A stretch of 64,000 bases of DNA from an uncultured Gemmatimonadales bacterium (GCA_963793305.1 CAWBZV010000003.1:1152001-1216000); one strand, 5' to 3'; counted from the stretch's first letter, positions 42,453-53,384 are shown. Notes: generated by a model not told the origin, from the letters alone. Numbers and translations: made by a program.

Positions 42453-44189
42453 ATGTTCGCCGAATGGCGCGCGCGCTTCGCGACGCTGCGCTTCGGCGAA
42501 AAAATGCGAGTACTGACCCTGGTCTCGGGCGGCGGGTTCGCGCTCGTGGTCGTCGTGACGTTGTTGCTCGGCATCTGGAATGATCTGTTGTTCACGCGGA
42601 TCCAGAAAGGATATTACCCGTCCGTCGCCCTCAGCCGCACCCTGCGCGAGGATCTCGCCAGCACCCAGCGGGCACTGCAAGACGCGGCCGCCGCGCGCGA
42701 TGGCGATCAGCTGACGTCGGCCGACAGCATCGTCACAGGCATGCGCGCCACGCTCCGCGGCGCGCGCGACGTCCCTACCGTGTCCGCGGACCGGATCGAT
42801 CGCCTGGACAGCGCGGTCGCGACATACGGCGCGCTCGCCCACGGTGTGACGGCACGCATGATCGCCGGCGAGTCGGGCGACGCGATCCTCGGTGGCATCC
42901 GGACGATGTCCGAGCACTACGTCGCGATTCGGGACACGCTCGACGCACAAGCCCAACGCGATGCGAACGCGATCGCGCATGCGTTTACCATGGTCCGCTG
43001 GCTGCAGCGCAGCGCCATCCTCGTGAGCGTCCTGGTCATGCTCGCGGCGCTGGCCCTCGTGCTCTGGCTGAGCCGCACCACCGAGGAAGCGTTCGCCGAG
43101 CCGCTGGCGGACGCGGTGCGCGTCGCCGAAGCGCTCGCGCGCGGTGAGATGGCGACGACGACGGCCGCCGCGAACGAAGACGAAGCTGGCCAGTTGCTGC
43201 GCGCCATGAACGGCATGACCACGTACCTGTCCGAGATGGCCGCCATCGCACAGGAGATCGCCCACGGCGACCTGTCCACGCCGGTCGCCCCCCGATCCGC
43301 CCACGACGTGTTCGGCAACGCGTTCGCCGATATGATCGCGTACCTGCGAGAGAATGCCGGCGTGGCGGACGCGATCGCCGCGGGCCGCCTCTCGGTCACG
43401 GTCCGGCCGCGCTCGGCCCGCGATACGTTCGGCAACGCGTTCGTCGCCATGCTCGCGACCCTCACGCGCGTCATCGGCGAGCTCAAAAAGAGCGCCAGCG
43501 CCACGTCCACGACCGCCATCGAGCTCGTCGCCGCGTCGAATGCGCTCTCCGGCACCGCGTCGGACGAAGCGTCGAGCGTCGAAGAAACGACCGCGAGCCT
43601 GGAGAGCATCAGCGCGGCGGCGGTCCAAAATGCCGACAGCAGCAAGGCCGTCGAGGCCATCGCCCGGCAGGGCGTCACGCGGGCCGCCGATACGCGGCTG
43701 GCCATGGACGAGATGAGCACCGCCATGCAGACCATCACCAACGCGCTCAGCGTGATCGACGCCATCAGCCAGCAGACGAACCTGCTGGCGCTCAACGCGG
43801 CCATCGAGGCCGCGAGAGCCGGCGACCAAGGGCGTGGGTTCGCCGTGGTCGCGGCCGAGGTGCGGACGCTAGCCGAGCGGAGCCGCGAGGCGGCGGGGCA
43901 GATTGGGACGGTCACCGTGTCGAGCCGCGACACGGCGGCGCGCGCCCGCGAGCTGCTCTCGACCCTCGTGGCCGCCATGGAGGAGACCGCGAGCCAGGTG
44001 CAGACCGTGAGCGCCGGCTCAGCCGACCAAGCGTCGGCCCTCGACGCCGTCCAGCGCGCGGTGGCGCACGTCGATCACATCGCGCAGGAAAATGCCGCCT
44101 CGGCGCAGCAGCTGACGGCGATGGCGGCGCGGCTCTCCGAGCAGGCGGGGACCATCACCCAATTGATCGGGTTCTTCGCGGCCGCGTAA
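42453..44189 (+). CDS. Methyl-accepting chemotaxis protein
   Basis: Two TM helices, HAMP repeats, [29 protein letters not shown]. Confidence 0.95.
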   Translation: MFAEWRARFATLRFGEKMRVLTLVSGGGFALVVVVTLLLGIWNDLLFTRIQKGYYPSVALSRTLREDLASTQRALQDAAAARDGDQLTSADSIVTGMRATLRGARDVPTVSADRIDRLDSAVATYGALAHGVTARMIAGESGDAILGGIRTMSEHYVAIRDTLDAQAQRDANAIAHAFTMVRWLQRSAILVSVLVMLAALALVLWLSRTTEEAFAEPLADAVRVAEALARGEMATTTAAANEDEAGQLLRAMNGMTTYLSEMAAIAQEIAHGDLSTPVAPRSAHDVFGNAFADMIAYLRENAGVADAIAAGRLSVTVRPRSARDTFGNAFVAMLATLTRVIGELKKSASATSTTAIELVAASNALSGTASDEASSVEETTASLESISAAAVQNADSSKAVEAIARQGVTRAADTRLAMDEMSTAMQTITNALSVIDAISQQTNLLALNAAIEAARAGDQGRGFAVVAAEVRTLAERSREAAGQIGTVTVSSRDTAARARELLSTLVAAMEETASQVQTVSAGSADQASALDAVQRAVAHVDHIAQENAASAQQLTAMAARLSEQAGTITQLIGFFAAA

Positions 44190-44248
44190 GAAGACAAATG
44201 TCTCACCAGTGAGATGTTGCTTCACGCCCGCAGGCCCGTCTCCGTAGT

Positions 44249-45385
44249 ATGAGACCACACCTCTTGCGCTGTCTCGGCGCCGCCGGCGTGCTCGTGCTGA
44301 GCGTTCCGCGCAGCGGCCGCGCCCAACTCGATTCGACGTTCCTGTCGCGGCTATCCATTCACGGCTATCTGACGCTCGGCTATGGCATTTCCGGAGCGCA
44401 GCCGCAGCTGGGACTCCCGACCGATGGCAGCGTGGACTACGATCGCGCCGCCCTGCTCGGCCAATTCGCGCTCGCCTCGCACAGCCACCTGGTCGTCCAG
44501 GTCGCCCACCGCGACCTCGGCACCGAGAACTCGCTCTTCAACGAGCCGACATTCATTCTGGACTGGGCGTACTTCGAGCAGCGCTTCGGCGACAACACCC
44601 GCCTCCGCGTCGGCCAGGAGCCGCTCCCGATCGGGATCTACAACGAGATCCGCTACGTCGGCACGCTGCTGCCATTCTACCGCGCCCCGTACACGACGTA
44701 CAGCGAGGGCTCGTACACGCAAGAGAATCTCCAGGGTGCGATCTTCACGCAAACGATCGAACCCCACGGGATGTTCCCGGTCGATTTCAACGCCTGGGCC
44801 GGCCAGTACAACTACGCGGAGAAGGGAACGGTCACTGTCAACGGCGCGACGACCACGGCGTCCGTGCCAGCGACCGCGCACAACGTCGTCGGCTCCTGGA
44901 TCTGGGTGCGTACGCCGCTCGACGGATTCCGCTTCGGTGGTGGCATCATGCACTACGTGCCCGAGGGTGGCGTCACCGAGCAGGTCCTCGGCAAATCTGA
45001 CGAGACGGACTCGTACGCCTCGGTCGACGCCACGTTCGATCGCTTTCAAGTGCGGTCGGAGGTGTCCCATGCCCTCCGCTCCGGCGGCAAGCTGAATTCG
45101 ACCCAGGGATACGCCCAGGTTGGCGTGAAGGTGATCGACCCGCTCACGCTCAACGCGCAGCTTGAGCTCCAGCACGTGCACTACGCCGTCGCGCCAGGCT
45201 ATGCCGCGAACGCCGACCTCCAGCACGATTTCGGGTTCGGCGCCAATGTCGCGCTGCCCTGGTCCGCGGTCTTCAAGCTCGAAGGCCATGCGACACGCGG
45301 GTACGACTATGACACGAATCCCTCCGTGTTCGGCCCGCCGACGAAGGGGTCGTACGGCATTGCCAGCCTCGCCTTTATTTTCTAA
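44249..45385 (+). CDS. Putative outer-membrane porin-like beta-barrel
   Basis: Signal peptide, LDWAYF, G...LP.G.YNE..YVG...P, terminal F. Confidence 0.7.
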   Translation: MRPHLLRCLGAAGVLVLSVPRSGRAQLDSTFLSRLSIHGYLTLGYGISGAQPQLGLPTDGSVDYDRAALLGQFALASHSHLVVQVAHRDLGTENSLFNEPTFILDWAYFEQRFGDNTRLRVGQEPLPIGIYNEIRYVGTLLPFYRAPYTTYSEGSYTQENLQGAIFTQTIEPHGMFPVDFNAWAGQYNYAEKGTVTVNGATTTASVPATAHNVVGSWIWVRTPLDGFRFGGGIMHYVPEGGVTEQVLGKSDETDSYASVDATFDRFQVRSEVSHALRSGGKLNSTQGYAQVGVKVIDPLTLNAQLELQHVHYAVAPGYAANADLQHDFGFGANVALPWSAVFKLEGHATRGYDYDTNPSVFGPPTKGSYGIASLAFIF

Positions 45386-45386
45386 C

Positions 45387-45809
45387 ATGACGCGCCGTCT
45401 GATTGCGGTACTCGTTGCGCTCGTTCTCGCGCGGCCGGCGGCCGCCCAGGATGTCGTCGTCGTCGTGAACAGCGCCAACGCGGCCTCGTCGAGCACGAAG
45501 GCCAACGTCGCCGCCCTCTTCCTGAAACACACGACGAAGTGGCCCAATGGTTCGGCCGCCGTCTGCGTCGACCAGAGTGAGGGCGCGGCCGTCCGCGAGG
45601 CATTCTCGAAGAAAGTGCTCGGCAAATCCACGAGCGCCGTGAAGGCCTACTGGCAGCACCAGATCTTCTCCGGCCACGACCTCCCGCCAGTCGAAAAGTC
45701 CGGCGATCAGGCCGTGCTCGACTTCGTCCGAACGAATCCCGGCGCGGTCGGATACGTAAGTCCCGGTACGTCCCTCGGCAGTGGAGTCAAGGCGCTGTCC
45801 GTGGAGTAA
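45387..45809 (+). CDS. Small periplasmic PBP-like protein (PstS-like half domain)
   Basis: Signal peptide, VVVVN, LFLK...W, YW...IFSG...PP, V..NPGAVGYV. Confidence 0.75.
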   Translation: MTRRLIAVLVALVLARPAAAQDVVVVVNSANAASSSTKANVAALFLKHTTKWPNGSAAVCVDQSEGAAVREAFSKKVLGKSTSAVKAYWQHQIFSGHDLPPVEKSGDQAVLDFVRTNPGAVGYVSPGTSLGSGVKALSVE

Positions 45810-45817
45810 ATTCCAGG

Positions 45818-46747
45818 GTGCATCGCATCCTGGTATTCCTCATGGCGCTCGTGCCCGCCGTCGCGGGAGCGCAAGTTGGATGGATTTCGACCCCGGACTC
45901 GATGGCCCTGTTCTATCGAGTCCAGGGTCAGGGCCCCGATACGATCATCGCCATCCACGGCGGCCCCGGCGTGGACCTCGAGAGCATCGCGAACGACTTC
46001 GCGCCGCTGACCGAGCATCACGTCGTCATCTTCTACGACCAGCGTGGCGCCGGTCGTTCCACGCTGCCCCAGGACACGACCACGCTCACGGCCGAGAACC
46101 AGATCTCGGATCTCGATGCCGTTCGCCGTTACTTCCATCTGACTCGCGTCACGCTGGTCGCGCACTCGTACGGCCCGCTCCTGGCCGCCACGTACGCACT
46201 GGCGCATCCGGACGCCGTCAAGCGCATGGTCTTCTTCAATCCCGTACCTCCGCGCCGAGGCGATTTCTGGCAGCGGTTCGGCAAGACCATGAATACTCGG
46301 CTGGACAGCGCGCAGCGCACGGAGCTGGCCCGACTTCAGAAAAAACTGGATGATCCGGCGAGTGGCATCCAGGAAGACTGCCGGGCGTTCTGGAACATCG
46401 CGCTGCGCCCGCGCCTCGCCAACCCCGACAGCTCCATGCACTTGATAAAATCAGACCTCTGCGCTTCTGATCCCGTCGGCATCCGGTATGGCCTGACGGT
46501 CACCAACCGGTTGGTCATGGCCTCGTACGGTGACTGGGATTTGCGAGCCAAGCTGCATGGTCTCAACGTGCCCCTGCTCGTCGTCCACGGCGAAGAGGAC
46601 GCCATCCCAATGGATCTCGTACAAGAGTGGGTCACCTCAATGCCGCATGCCCAGCTCGTGCGCGTGCCGAACGCCGCCCATTTCTCGTACGTCGAGCAAC
46701 CCCAGATCGTCTGGCCCGCGGTCGAGAAGTTTCTTACTGCACGCTGA
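45818..46747 (+). CDS. Exported alpha/beta hydrolase (proline iminopeptidase-like)
   Basis: HGGPG, YDQRGAGRS, AHSYG, HGEED, AAHF. Confidence 0.88.
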   Translation: MHRILVFLMALVPAVAGAQVGWISTPDSMALFYRVQGQGPDTIIAIHGGPGVDLESIANDFAPLTEHHVVIFYDQRGAGRSTLPQDTTTLTAENQISDLDAVRRYFHLTRVTLVAHSYGPLLAATYALAHPDAVKRMVFFNPVPPRRGDFWQRFGKTMNTRLDSAQRTELARLQKKLDDPASGIQEDCRAFWNIALRPRLANPDSSMHLIKSDLCASDPVGIRYGLTVTNRLVMASYGDWDLRAKLHGLNVPLLVVHGEEDAIPMDLVQEWVTSMPHAQLVRVPNAAHFSYVEQPQIVWPAVEKFLTAR

Positions 46748-47246
46748 CCAGTAAGTCGCGCGACCGGACGAAGAAGGTGACCACCGCGCGCCGTTGCTCG
46801 TTCAACGGCCGCGCCGCGCTGACGCTATCCGCGGCGGCACGAACCGCGGCCGCGGCTTGTGCGAGATCCGGCGCCCGATCGGTCTGGAGCACCGACAGCA
46901 CGTGCCCCACGCGGTCGAACGCATCGTGCGCAATGTCCGCGTCAACGGCACCCGGTGGCGCCACGTCGAGCGCCCGGGCCAACGTCCGCACGGTCTCGAC
47001 CTGATCCGGCGAGCTCGGTGCGGTCGCCGCGATGGCGTCCGCCAGCATGCGGAGCCCGCTCGCCGCATGCGCGTCGGCCGCGTGCGGCGTCCACGGGTTG
47101 CCGAGGGGCTGCGCGGTGAACGCGGTGAGCGCGACGAGCGTCGCCTTGACGCCACCGCGTTGATTCCGCGTCGCGACGCCCACACTGAGTAACGCCAGGA
47201 GCACGAGGCCCAACAGCCACGCCACGGTTGTGCGCGGAGCCGCCAC
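46734..47246 (-). CDS. Hypothetical membrane-anchored protein
   Basis: ORF begins 1 bp after the LytTR stop; N-terminal TM. Confidence 0.55.
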   Translation of the reverse strand: MAAPRTTVAWLLGLVLLALLSVGVATRNQRGGVKATLVALTAFTAQPLGNPWTPHAADAHAASGLRMLADAIAATAPSSPDQVETVRTLARALDVAPPGAVDADIAHDAFDRVGHVLSVLQTDRAPDLAQAAAAVRAAADSVSAARPLNEQRRAVVTFFVRSRDLLVSVQ

Positions 47247-47247
47247 G

Positions 47248-48004
47248 CTACCCTCGCGGGAGGCGATCGCGATACTGCGGGCTCATCGGTAGCTCGGTGC
47301 CATCGACCAGCACGACGCGATACTCGCCAGAGACGAGCGCGCGCAGTTCCTTCACGTGATCGATCCGCACGATGAACGAGCGATGCACGCGCGCGAACTG
47401 CGTGGGGTCGAGACGGGACTCGATGCCGGAAATCGTCGACCGAATGAGAATGGCACTTGGTGCCGACATGCAGCCGCAGATAATTCCGGTCGGCCTGGAC
47501 CCAATCGATCGCGCGCGTCGAGACGAAATACGTCCGCCGCCCCATGGTGACCGCGACCCGGTCCAAGTAGACCGTCCGCTCGCGCAACTGATCGACGAGC
47601 TGTCGGACCTGCGTGCCCAGGGCGCCGCCATTCGTCGCCTCCGTCGCGGCCAGCGCGGCCCTCGCCCGATCGAGCGACCGCTCGAGCCGCTCGCGATCGT
47701 ACGGCTTGAGCAAGTAATCGGTCGCGTCCGTATCGAACGCGCGCACCGCATGCTCGGCGTGCGCCGTCACGAAGATCACGAACGGTGGCGGCCGTGAGCC
47801 GAGCCGGTCGAGCATCTGAAACCCATCGAGCTCGGGCATCTGGATGTCGAGGAACAGCACATCGGCCTCGCTGTCCGGCAGCACCTTGAGGGCGTCCTCC
47901 GGGTCCTCGTACTCGGCGACGACCTCGATATCGGACTGCTCGGCGAGCATCGCCTTGAGGCGGCGTCGCGCAAGGGGTTCATCGTCCACAACCATGACTT
48001 TCAT
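47248..48004 (-). CDS. LytTR-family response regulator, frameshifted near 47450
   Basis: DDEPLAR, LDIQMP, FVTA, DYLLKP; C-terminal LDP.QFARVHRSFIV in the next frame. Confidence 0.92.
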
Positions 48005-49101
48005 GTCAGCTCGAGTGGAACGGTGATGGAAACGACAGTGCCGCGGGGAGCGGCGGGAGAGAGTTCGAGGGTGCTCATGCCGGGGAACATCGCGGCCAGT
48101 CGCGCGCGCGTACTACCCAACCCGACGCGCTCCCGGCGGTCGCTCTCGGGCGGTGGACCGATGCCATCGTCGCGGACGCTCAACACCAACAGGCGGCCAT
48201 CGCAGCGCGCGGCCACGTCAATGTGGCCCGCGCCGCGCCGTGGCGCGATGCCGTGCGAGATCGCGTTCTCGACCAGCGGCTGCAACAGAAACGAGGGCAC
48301 CCGTGCGTTCATGACGTCGGGATCGATGCGCATCGACACCGACAGCCGATCGCCGAACCGCATGCGTTGGAGCTCGACATACGACGCCAGCCGGTTGAGC
48401 TCCGTGCGGAGCGTCACGTGCCCGGTCGTCTCGGCGTCGAGCAACGTCCGCAGCAGATCGCCGAGGCGCACGAGCATCGCCTCGGCGATGATCGGATCCT
48501 CAGGCACGAGGGCCGCGATCGCGTTCAGGGTATTGAACAGGAAGTGCGGCTGGAGCTGGAGCGACAGGGCGTGCAGCCGGGCATCGGCCAGCGAACGCTC
48601 GAGCTGTACGGAGAGCACGCGCTCGCGCCGGGCGCGGTGCACGCGCGAGAGCACCGCGTATTCCATCAACAGCACGAGCGCCTGCTGCGCGTTCGTCTCG
48701 AACAGATAGCGGAACGAGAGCAGCGGCGAGGCGAGGGCCGATTTGGCGGCGTCGGACAGCGTGCTCCCCGCGACCCAGAGGCCACGGACCATCCACGCTT
48801 GCGCCGCCGCGGCCGCGATCCCAACAACGGTCCACCCGGCGAGGTTGAGCGCGATGCGCGACCGCGGACCGACAAGCGGCACTTGGTCCAGCGCCAGGAA
48901 CACGAACGGCGTGAGCGCCAGCCAGAGCGCCAGATCGGCGCTCGCCCCGAACACGATGTGCGCCGCGGCGGGATCGAACCCGACCGCGCGATTCGCGGCC
49001 ACGATGGGCCGGATCGTTGCCAGCTCGATCACGAGCTGCAGTCCACCGACGGCCGCCCACTCAGCGAGTGTCGCCGTCCGCGCAACTGATTGAGCGCTCA
49101 A
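48001..49101 (-). CDS. LytS-type sensor histidine kinase
   Basis: QLQPHFLFNTLN, LLQPLVENAI.HG, DDGIG, GLG; TTGA overlap with the upstream stop. Confidence 0.92.
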   Translation of the reverse strand: MSAQSVARTATLAEWAAVGGLQLVIELATIRPIVAANRAVGFDPAAAHIVFGASADLALWLALTPFVFLALDQVPLVGPRSRIALNLAGWTVVGIAAAAAQAWMVRGLWVAGSTLSDAAKSALASPLLSFRYLFETNAQQALVLLMEYAVLSRVHRARRERVLSVQLERSLADARLHALSLQLQPHFLFNTLNAIAALVPEDPIIAEAMLVRLGDLLRTLLDAETTGHVTLRTELNRLASYVELQRMRFGDRLSVSMRIDPDVMNARVPSFLLQPLVENAISHGIAPRRGAGHIDVAARCDGRLLVLSVRDDGIGPPPESDRRERVGLGSTRARLAAMFPGMSTLELSPAAPRGTVVSITVPLELT

Positions 49102-49439
49102 ACCGATTTGGCCTCCTCGGCCGTGACGAACACCCACCAGACCTGATCCTCGAGCCCTTCGGTGAGCGGCTCGCCACTATATAGTGGCAGGACGCGACAC
49201 CCGCTCGCCGGCAGGGCGCGCAGCGTGATGCGCCTCAGCGGTTGGTTGACCCGCGCATACGCCACCGGCACGAGAACCGTGCCGCCGTCACTTAACGCGA
49301 CAATGAAGTACTCCGCGTTCCCAGCAGCCCGGCTCTGGACAATCGACTGCACCGACCCGACGGCCACTCGATCCGAGCTATAAACTGTCCAGCCCCGAGA
49401 GTCGGTCATGCGGGCTACGGACATGCGGCCTACCGTCAT
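49098..49439 (-). CDS. PRC-barrel domain protein
   Basis: RGWTVYSSD...VG.V..I......EYFIV......VLVPVAYA. Confidence 0.7.
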   Translation of the reverse strand: MTVGRMSVARMTDSRGWTVYSSDRVAVGSVQSIVQSRAAGNAEYFIVALSDGGTVLVPVAYARVNQPLRRITLRALPASGCRVLPLYSGEPLTEGLEDQVWWVFVTAEEAKSV

Positions 49440-49451
49440 GTGGCCTACGGA
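49407..49451. repeat. Three imperfect 15-bp tandem repeats
   Basis: CATGCGGGCTACGGA / CATGCGGCCTACCGT / CATGTGGCCTACGGA. Confidence 0.75.
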
Positions 49452-49553
49452 ACAACCGGGAGGCGCTAGCGGCCAGACGACTCGGGCCGAATCCCGCCGG
49501 TCGCGGGACGTCCACCGGAAATCCGGGGACGGCCCTGCTCGGCGCAGCCGAGC

Positions 49554-51441
49554 TCAGTCCAACCGACCAGTCGAGCGGTGCGAAGCGCTGCCTCGACGCG
49601 CCGCGGAGCGGCGCTCCCGCACGACCTCCGCCGCGAGGTCGATCAGCATACGGACGGTCGGATGCGGCTCGTTGTGCCGGAACAGCAACTCCAATCCCGA
49701 CGGAATGGCGAGCTGCTCGATCGGCACCGCGACGAGCCCCGTATAGTGTCGTCTCGCGCCAAGCGTCCACCCATGCCCCTGCGATACCACCACGCGGGCC
49801 GTGTGCAGGCTATCGAAGGTCCGAATGTGGCGCGGCCGAAACGGGAGCGCGGTGATGACCGCGTCGTAAAAGTGCGGTTCGCCGTCGCGCCGGATAAAGA
49901 GCAACGGCACGTCGGCGAGATCCTCGGCGCGCAGGATCGCATGTCTCGCCAGCGGATGGGTCGGGGCCAGCAACGCCGAATCAAAGACATAGCTCGCGAT
50001 GCGCATCTGCTCGATGCCCGTGGGGACCGTGGCATGCAGATGCCCGACGCCGAGATCGATACGTCCGTCGAGCAACGCCAGAAATTGGTCAGGGGTCGGC
50101 AGCTCCTCGACGACGATCTCGATATCGGGGTATCGCTCGGCCGTGCGGCGCAGCACTTCCCGCATGACGGGACTGGCGTGCATGATGTCGACACCGCTCA
50201 ACACGCACCGCTGTCGATGCAATCGCCCAATGCGCGCCGCTTCGGCCACCGCCGCGTCGACCGCCCCGAGCACTTTCGATGCGTCGTGGGCGAGCGATGT
50301 CCCGGCCGCGGTCGGCCGTACGCCGCGCGGCAGGCGATCGAAGAGGTGCAAGTCGAGCTCGCGCTCCAACTCTTCGATGTGCCGGAAGAGCACCGATGGC
50401 GCGACGCCCAGTCGCTGTGCCCCTCTCGTCAACCCGGCTTCTTCCATGAGCGCGGCGAGTGCGCGCAGATGATGCAACTCGAGCCCGCGGGTCTTCGGTG
50501 CGTCACGCGCGACGGTCGGCGGAGGTGCCGGCGTCGCCCCGTCCCGGACGGCTTCGAAGAACGTCGACGATCTGCCGGATGATCGGCCGCTGATCGTCGG
50601 CGCGCCACATGACGGCTTCCCAGAGCGGCACGGCGAGCCCGCGGACCGGCACGCCCACCGTGCCGTCCGGCGACACCTGCACGAAGCGATTCGGCAACGG
50701 TTGCCATCCTTGGCCCGCGGCGACGGCGAGAAAAATGGCGTACACACCACTGTGCGTATCGACCAACGGCAATGTGATGCCGAGCCGCGCCATGGCGTCG
50801 ACCAGCGAATCGTAGACGTTGGGATGGTACGCGCGCGGCACCCACAGCACTGGATACGCATTCAACTCGTGCGGCTCGATGATCGATCGCGAGGCGAGCG
50901 GATGCGTCGACGACAGCAACGCGACCTCGATGCGCGCGTCGGTGATCCGCTCCGTCGCGATGTCCCGCAGGTCCGGCGGTGGCTCGACCCCGAGGGCCAC
51001 GTCAAGCGTGTGCCCGAGGAGCCCCCGCCATTGGCTCGGCCCCGCTTCGAGGTCCTCGATCGTGAGCTCGATGTCAGGAAATTGTTCGCGGATGATCGCC
51101 AGTCCGCGCTGGACCAGGGCCGAGGCCAATGACCCGCGCCCCACGCCGAAACGGACACTGCCGCCCATGCCGTGAGCCGCGCGCGCAGCCCGGACGGCGG
51201 CGCCATCGATCTGCGCCAGCATCGCGCGCGTCGCGGACAGCAGCGCCGCGCCGGCCGGCGTCGGCTCCACGCCCTTTGCGTGCCGAGCCACGAGGTCGGA
51301 GCCGATCGCGCGCTCGAGCAGTTTGAGCTGGCGCGAGATCGCCGGTTGCGCGACGCCCAGCTTCGCCGCCGCGCGACCGATCGTCCCCTCCTCGGCCACC
51401 GCGACGAAGTAGCGAAGCTGACGGAGATCCAGCCCGCTCAC
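49554..51441 (-). CDS. Tandem LysR-LysR fusion protein B, frameshifted near 50560
   Basis: HTH1 LDLRQLRYFVAVAEEG...QPAISRQ; HTH2 GLELHHLRALAAL...; each followed by a substrate-binding domain; GTGA overlap with gene A. Confidence 0.85.
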
Positions 51442-53279
51442 GGCGCCCGCTTGCGCCGCGCGTGGCGAAGGATCGCGCGCACGGCCCGCGCGGCGGGTTT
51501 CGGCTCGTCGCGCCGCCACAGCATCTCGAGGCCCCACGGAATCGTGAGACCCACGAGCGTCCGTCGGACGGTGCCCCGCGGCACGCGCGCCGACCGCGAC
51601 AGAAATCCCAGCGTCCACCCGCGTCCCTCGGCGGCGAGCCGCCACAGGACCTGAATGCTGTTGACGGTGGTTTCGAGGCGGGGGACGAGGCCAATGCGAG
51701 CGAGCGCCTGCATGATCTGATCGTAGAACTCGGGCTGAAAGCTGCGATCCATGAAGAGAAACGGGACGTCGCGAAGGTCATCCGCCGTCAGCGTCCGGTG
51801 CGACGCCAGCGGGTGGTCTTCCGCGATCAGCGCCGAGTCGAGCCGGTCGACGCTGAGTTGTTGCCGGGCGAGACTCGCGGGCAGCGGCGCCCCGACCATC
51901 ACATGGCCGATACTCAAGTCGATCGTACCCGCCAGGAGTTCCCCCCGCTGGCGGGGCGTCGGGACATCTTCGATGACGATACGGACCGCCGGCAGGCTGA
52001 CGGCGGTCTCCCGGAGCAGCACGCCGAGGAGCTTGCCGACCTCGTTCGTGGCGACGGCGCCGATCACGCAGCGCATCGACATCTCGTTGCGCATCCGCGC
52101 CGCGTCGGCCGTCAGCGCGTCGACGGTCGTCAAGACGCGCATCGCATCGGTCGCCGCCGCGAGGCCCGCGTGCGTGGGGACCGTTCCTTTCGCACCCCGC
52201 GTGATCAGCTGGACGCCAATCTCGTGCTCGAGGTCTCTGAGTTGCCGCGAAAGTGCCGGTGGGGTCAGGCGCAGCCGCTGCGCGGCGCGCCCCAGGCTCT
52301 CCGACTCTACCACGGTGGCCAGAGCGCGCAACTGTCTCAGCTCCAGGCCCCGCAGCACGTCCCGTCGAGGTGCCGCGCCATTCAGTGGCGCCGGGCCGCC
52401 ACGAATTGTCTCGATGGCGCGGAGCACATGTGGCCGGGTCTCACTCGCGCGCCACATGAGCCCCGTGGCCATCGTGACATGCAATCCCTCCACTGGAATC
52501 GCGACGGTGCCCGCGGGCGACATCTGCAATGCTTGTCGCGACCACAGGGTCCACCCAGCGCCGGAGCCGACGGCGAGCCAGACGGCTTTCGGGCCAGAGT
52601 AGCGTGAACTGAGCGGTGGCTTGATTCCCAACTGTCGCAACGTCTCGTCGACCACGCGTGGCGAGTCCGGGTGCCACTCAGCTCTCGGAAACAAGAACGG
52701 CACCGTGGCCAGATCATCGGGACGCAGCAGCGAGAGTGAGGCGAGCGGAGTCCCGATAGGGACGATCGCGCAGTCGAACGGCACGTCATAGAGCGCGGCC
52801 CACGCGAAGTCGTGCGTCGTCACCGGTGACCGCAACCCGATCGCGAGATCGAGCGCTCCCGCGCTCAGCTGCGAAAACTGTTCAGGTCCAGGCTCGACCT
52901 CGCGAATCTCGAGCTCGACATCGGGGAGTCGCTCTCGAATCGCGGCCTCCGCGGGCTGAATGATCTCGAGCCACCAGGCGGATCGCCCGACACCGATGAC
53001 GAGTCGTCCCGTGAGCCCATGTGCGGCATCGGCGGCCCGTCGAACGATCGACTCGGCCTGCGCGAGTATCACGCGCGCACTCGATGCGATGGATTCACCG
53101 ACCGATGTCAGCTTGACGCCAGCCGACTGTCGCGCGAGCAACTCCAGTCCCAGCTCGCGCTCGAGGGCGTGGATCTGTCGCGAGAGCGCGGGCTGGGCGA
53201 CACGAAGCCTCGTCGCCGCCCGACTCACGCTTCTCTCCTCCGCGACCGCTACGAAGTACCGCAGGTGCCGGAGATCCAC
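51438..53279 (-). CDS. Tandem LysR-LysR fusion protein A (intact, about 613 aa)
   Basis: HTH1 DLRHLRYFVAVAEE...QPALSRQI; HTH2 GLELRQLRALATV...PPALSRQLRDLE in one uninterrupted frame. Confidence 0.92.
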   Translation of the reverse strand: MDLRHLRYFVAVAEERSVSRAATRLRVAQPALSRQIHALERELGLELLARQSAGVKLTSVGESIASSARVILAQAESIVRRAADAAHGLTGRLVIGVGRSAWWLEIIQPAEAAIRERLPDVELEIREVEPGPEQFSQLSAGALDLAIGLRSPVTTHDFAWAALYDVPFDCAIVPIGTPLASLSLLRPDDLATVPFLFPRAEWHPDSPRVVDETLRQLGIKPPLSSRYSGPKAVWLAVGSGAGWTLWSRQALQMSPAGTVAIPVEGLHVTMATGLMWRASETRPHVLRAIETIRGGPAPLNGAAPRRDVLRGLELRQLRALATVVESESLGRAAQRLRLTPPALSRQLRDLEHEIGVQLITRGAKGTVPTHAGLAAATDAMRVLTTVDALTADAARMRNEMSMRCVIGAVATNEVGKLLGVLLRETAVSLPAVRIVIEDVPTPRQRGELLAGTIDLSIGHVMVGAPLPASLARQQLSVDRLDSALIAEDHPLASHRTLTADDLRDVPFLFMDRSFQPEFYDQIMQALARIGLVPRLETTVNSIQVLWRLAAEGRGWTLGFLSRSARVPRGTVRRTLVGLTIPWGLEMLWRRDEPKPAARAVRAILRHARRKRAP

Positions 53280-53292
53280 GTGGTACCGCCCA

Positions 53293-53359
53293 TGCCGAAA
53301 CGGCAAGGAAGCCCCAAAAAACAAGTATTGGCCCCCGCTCTACTTATGCCGCTAGCATA
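53293..53359. promoter_or_regulatory. Candidate LysR boxes (T-N11-A dyads)
   Basis: TGCCG-AAA-CGGCA (53293-53305) and TATGC-N5-GCATA (53345-53359) in the divergent intergenic region. Confidence 0.55.
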
Positions 53360-53384
53360 GCAGCACGCAAGAGGAGATCACATC

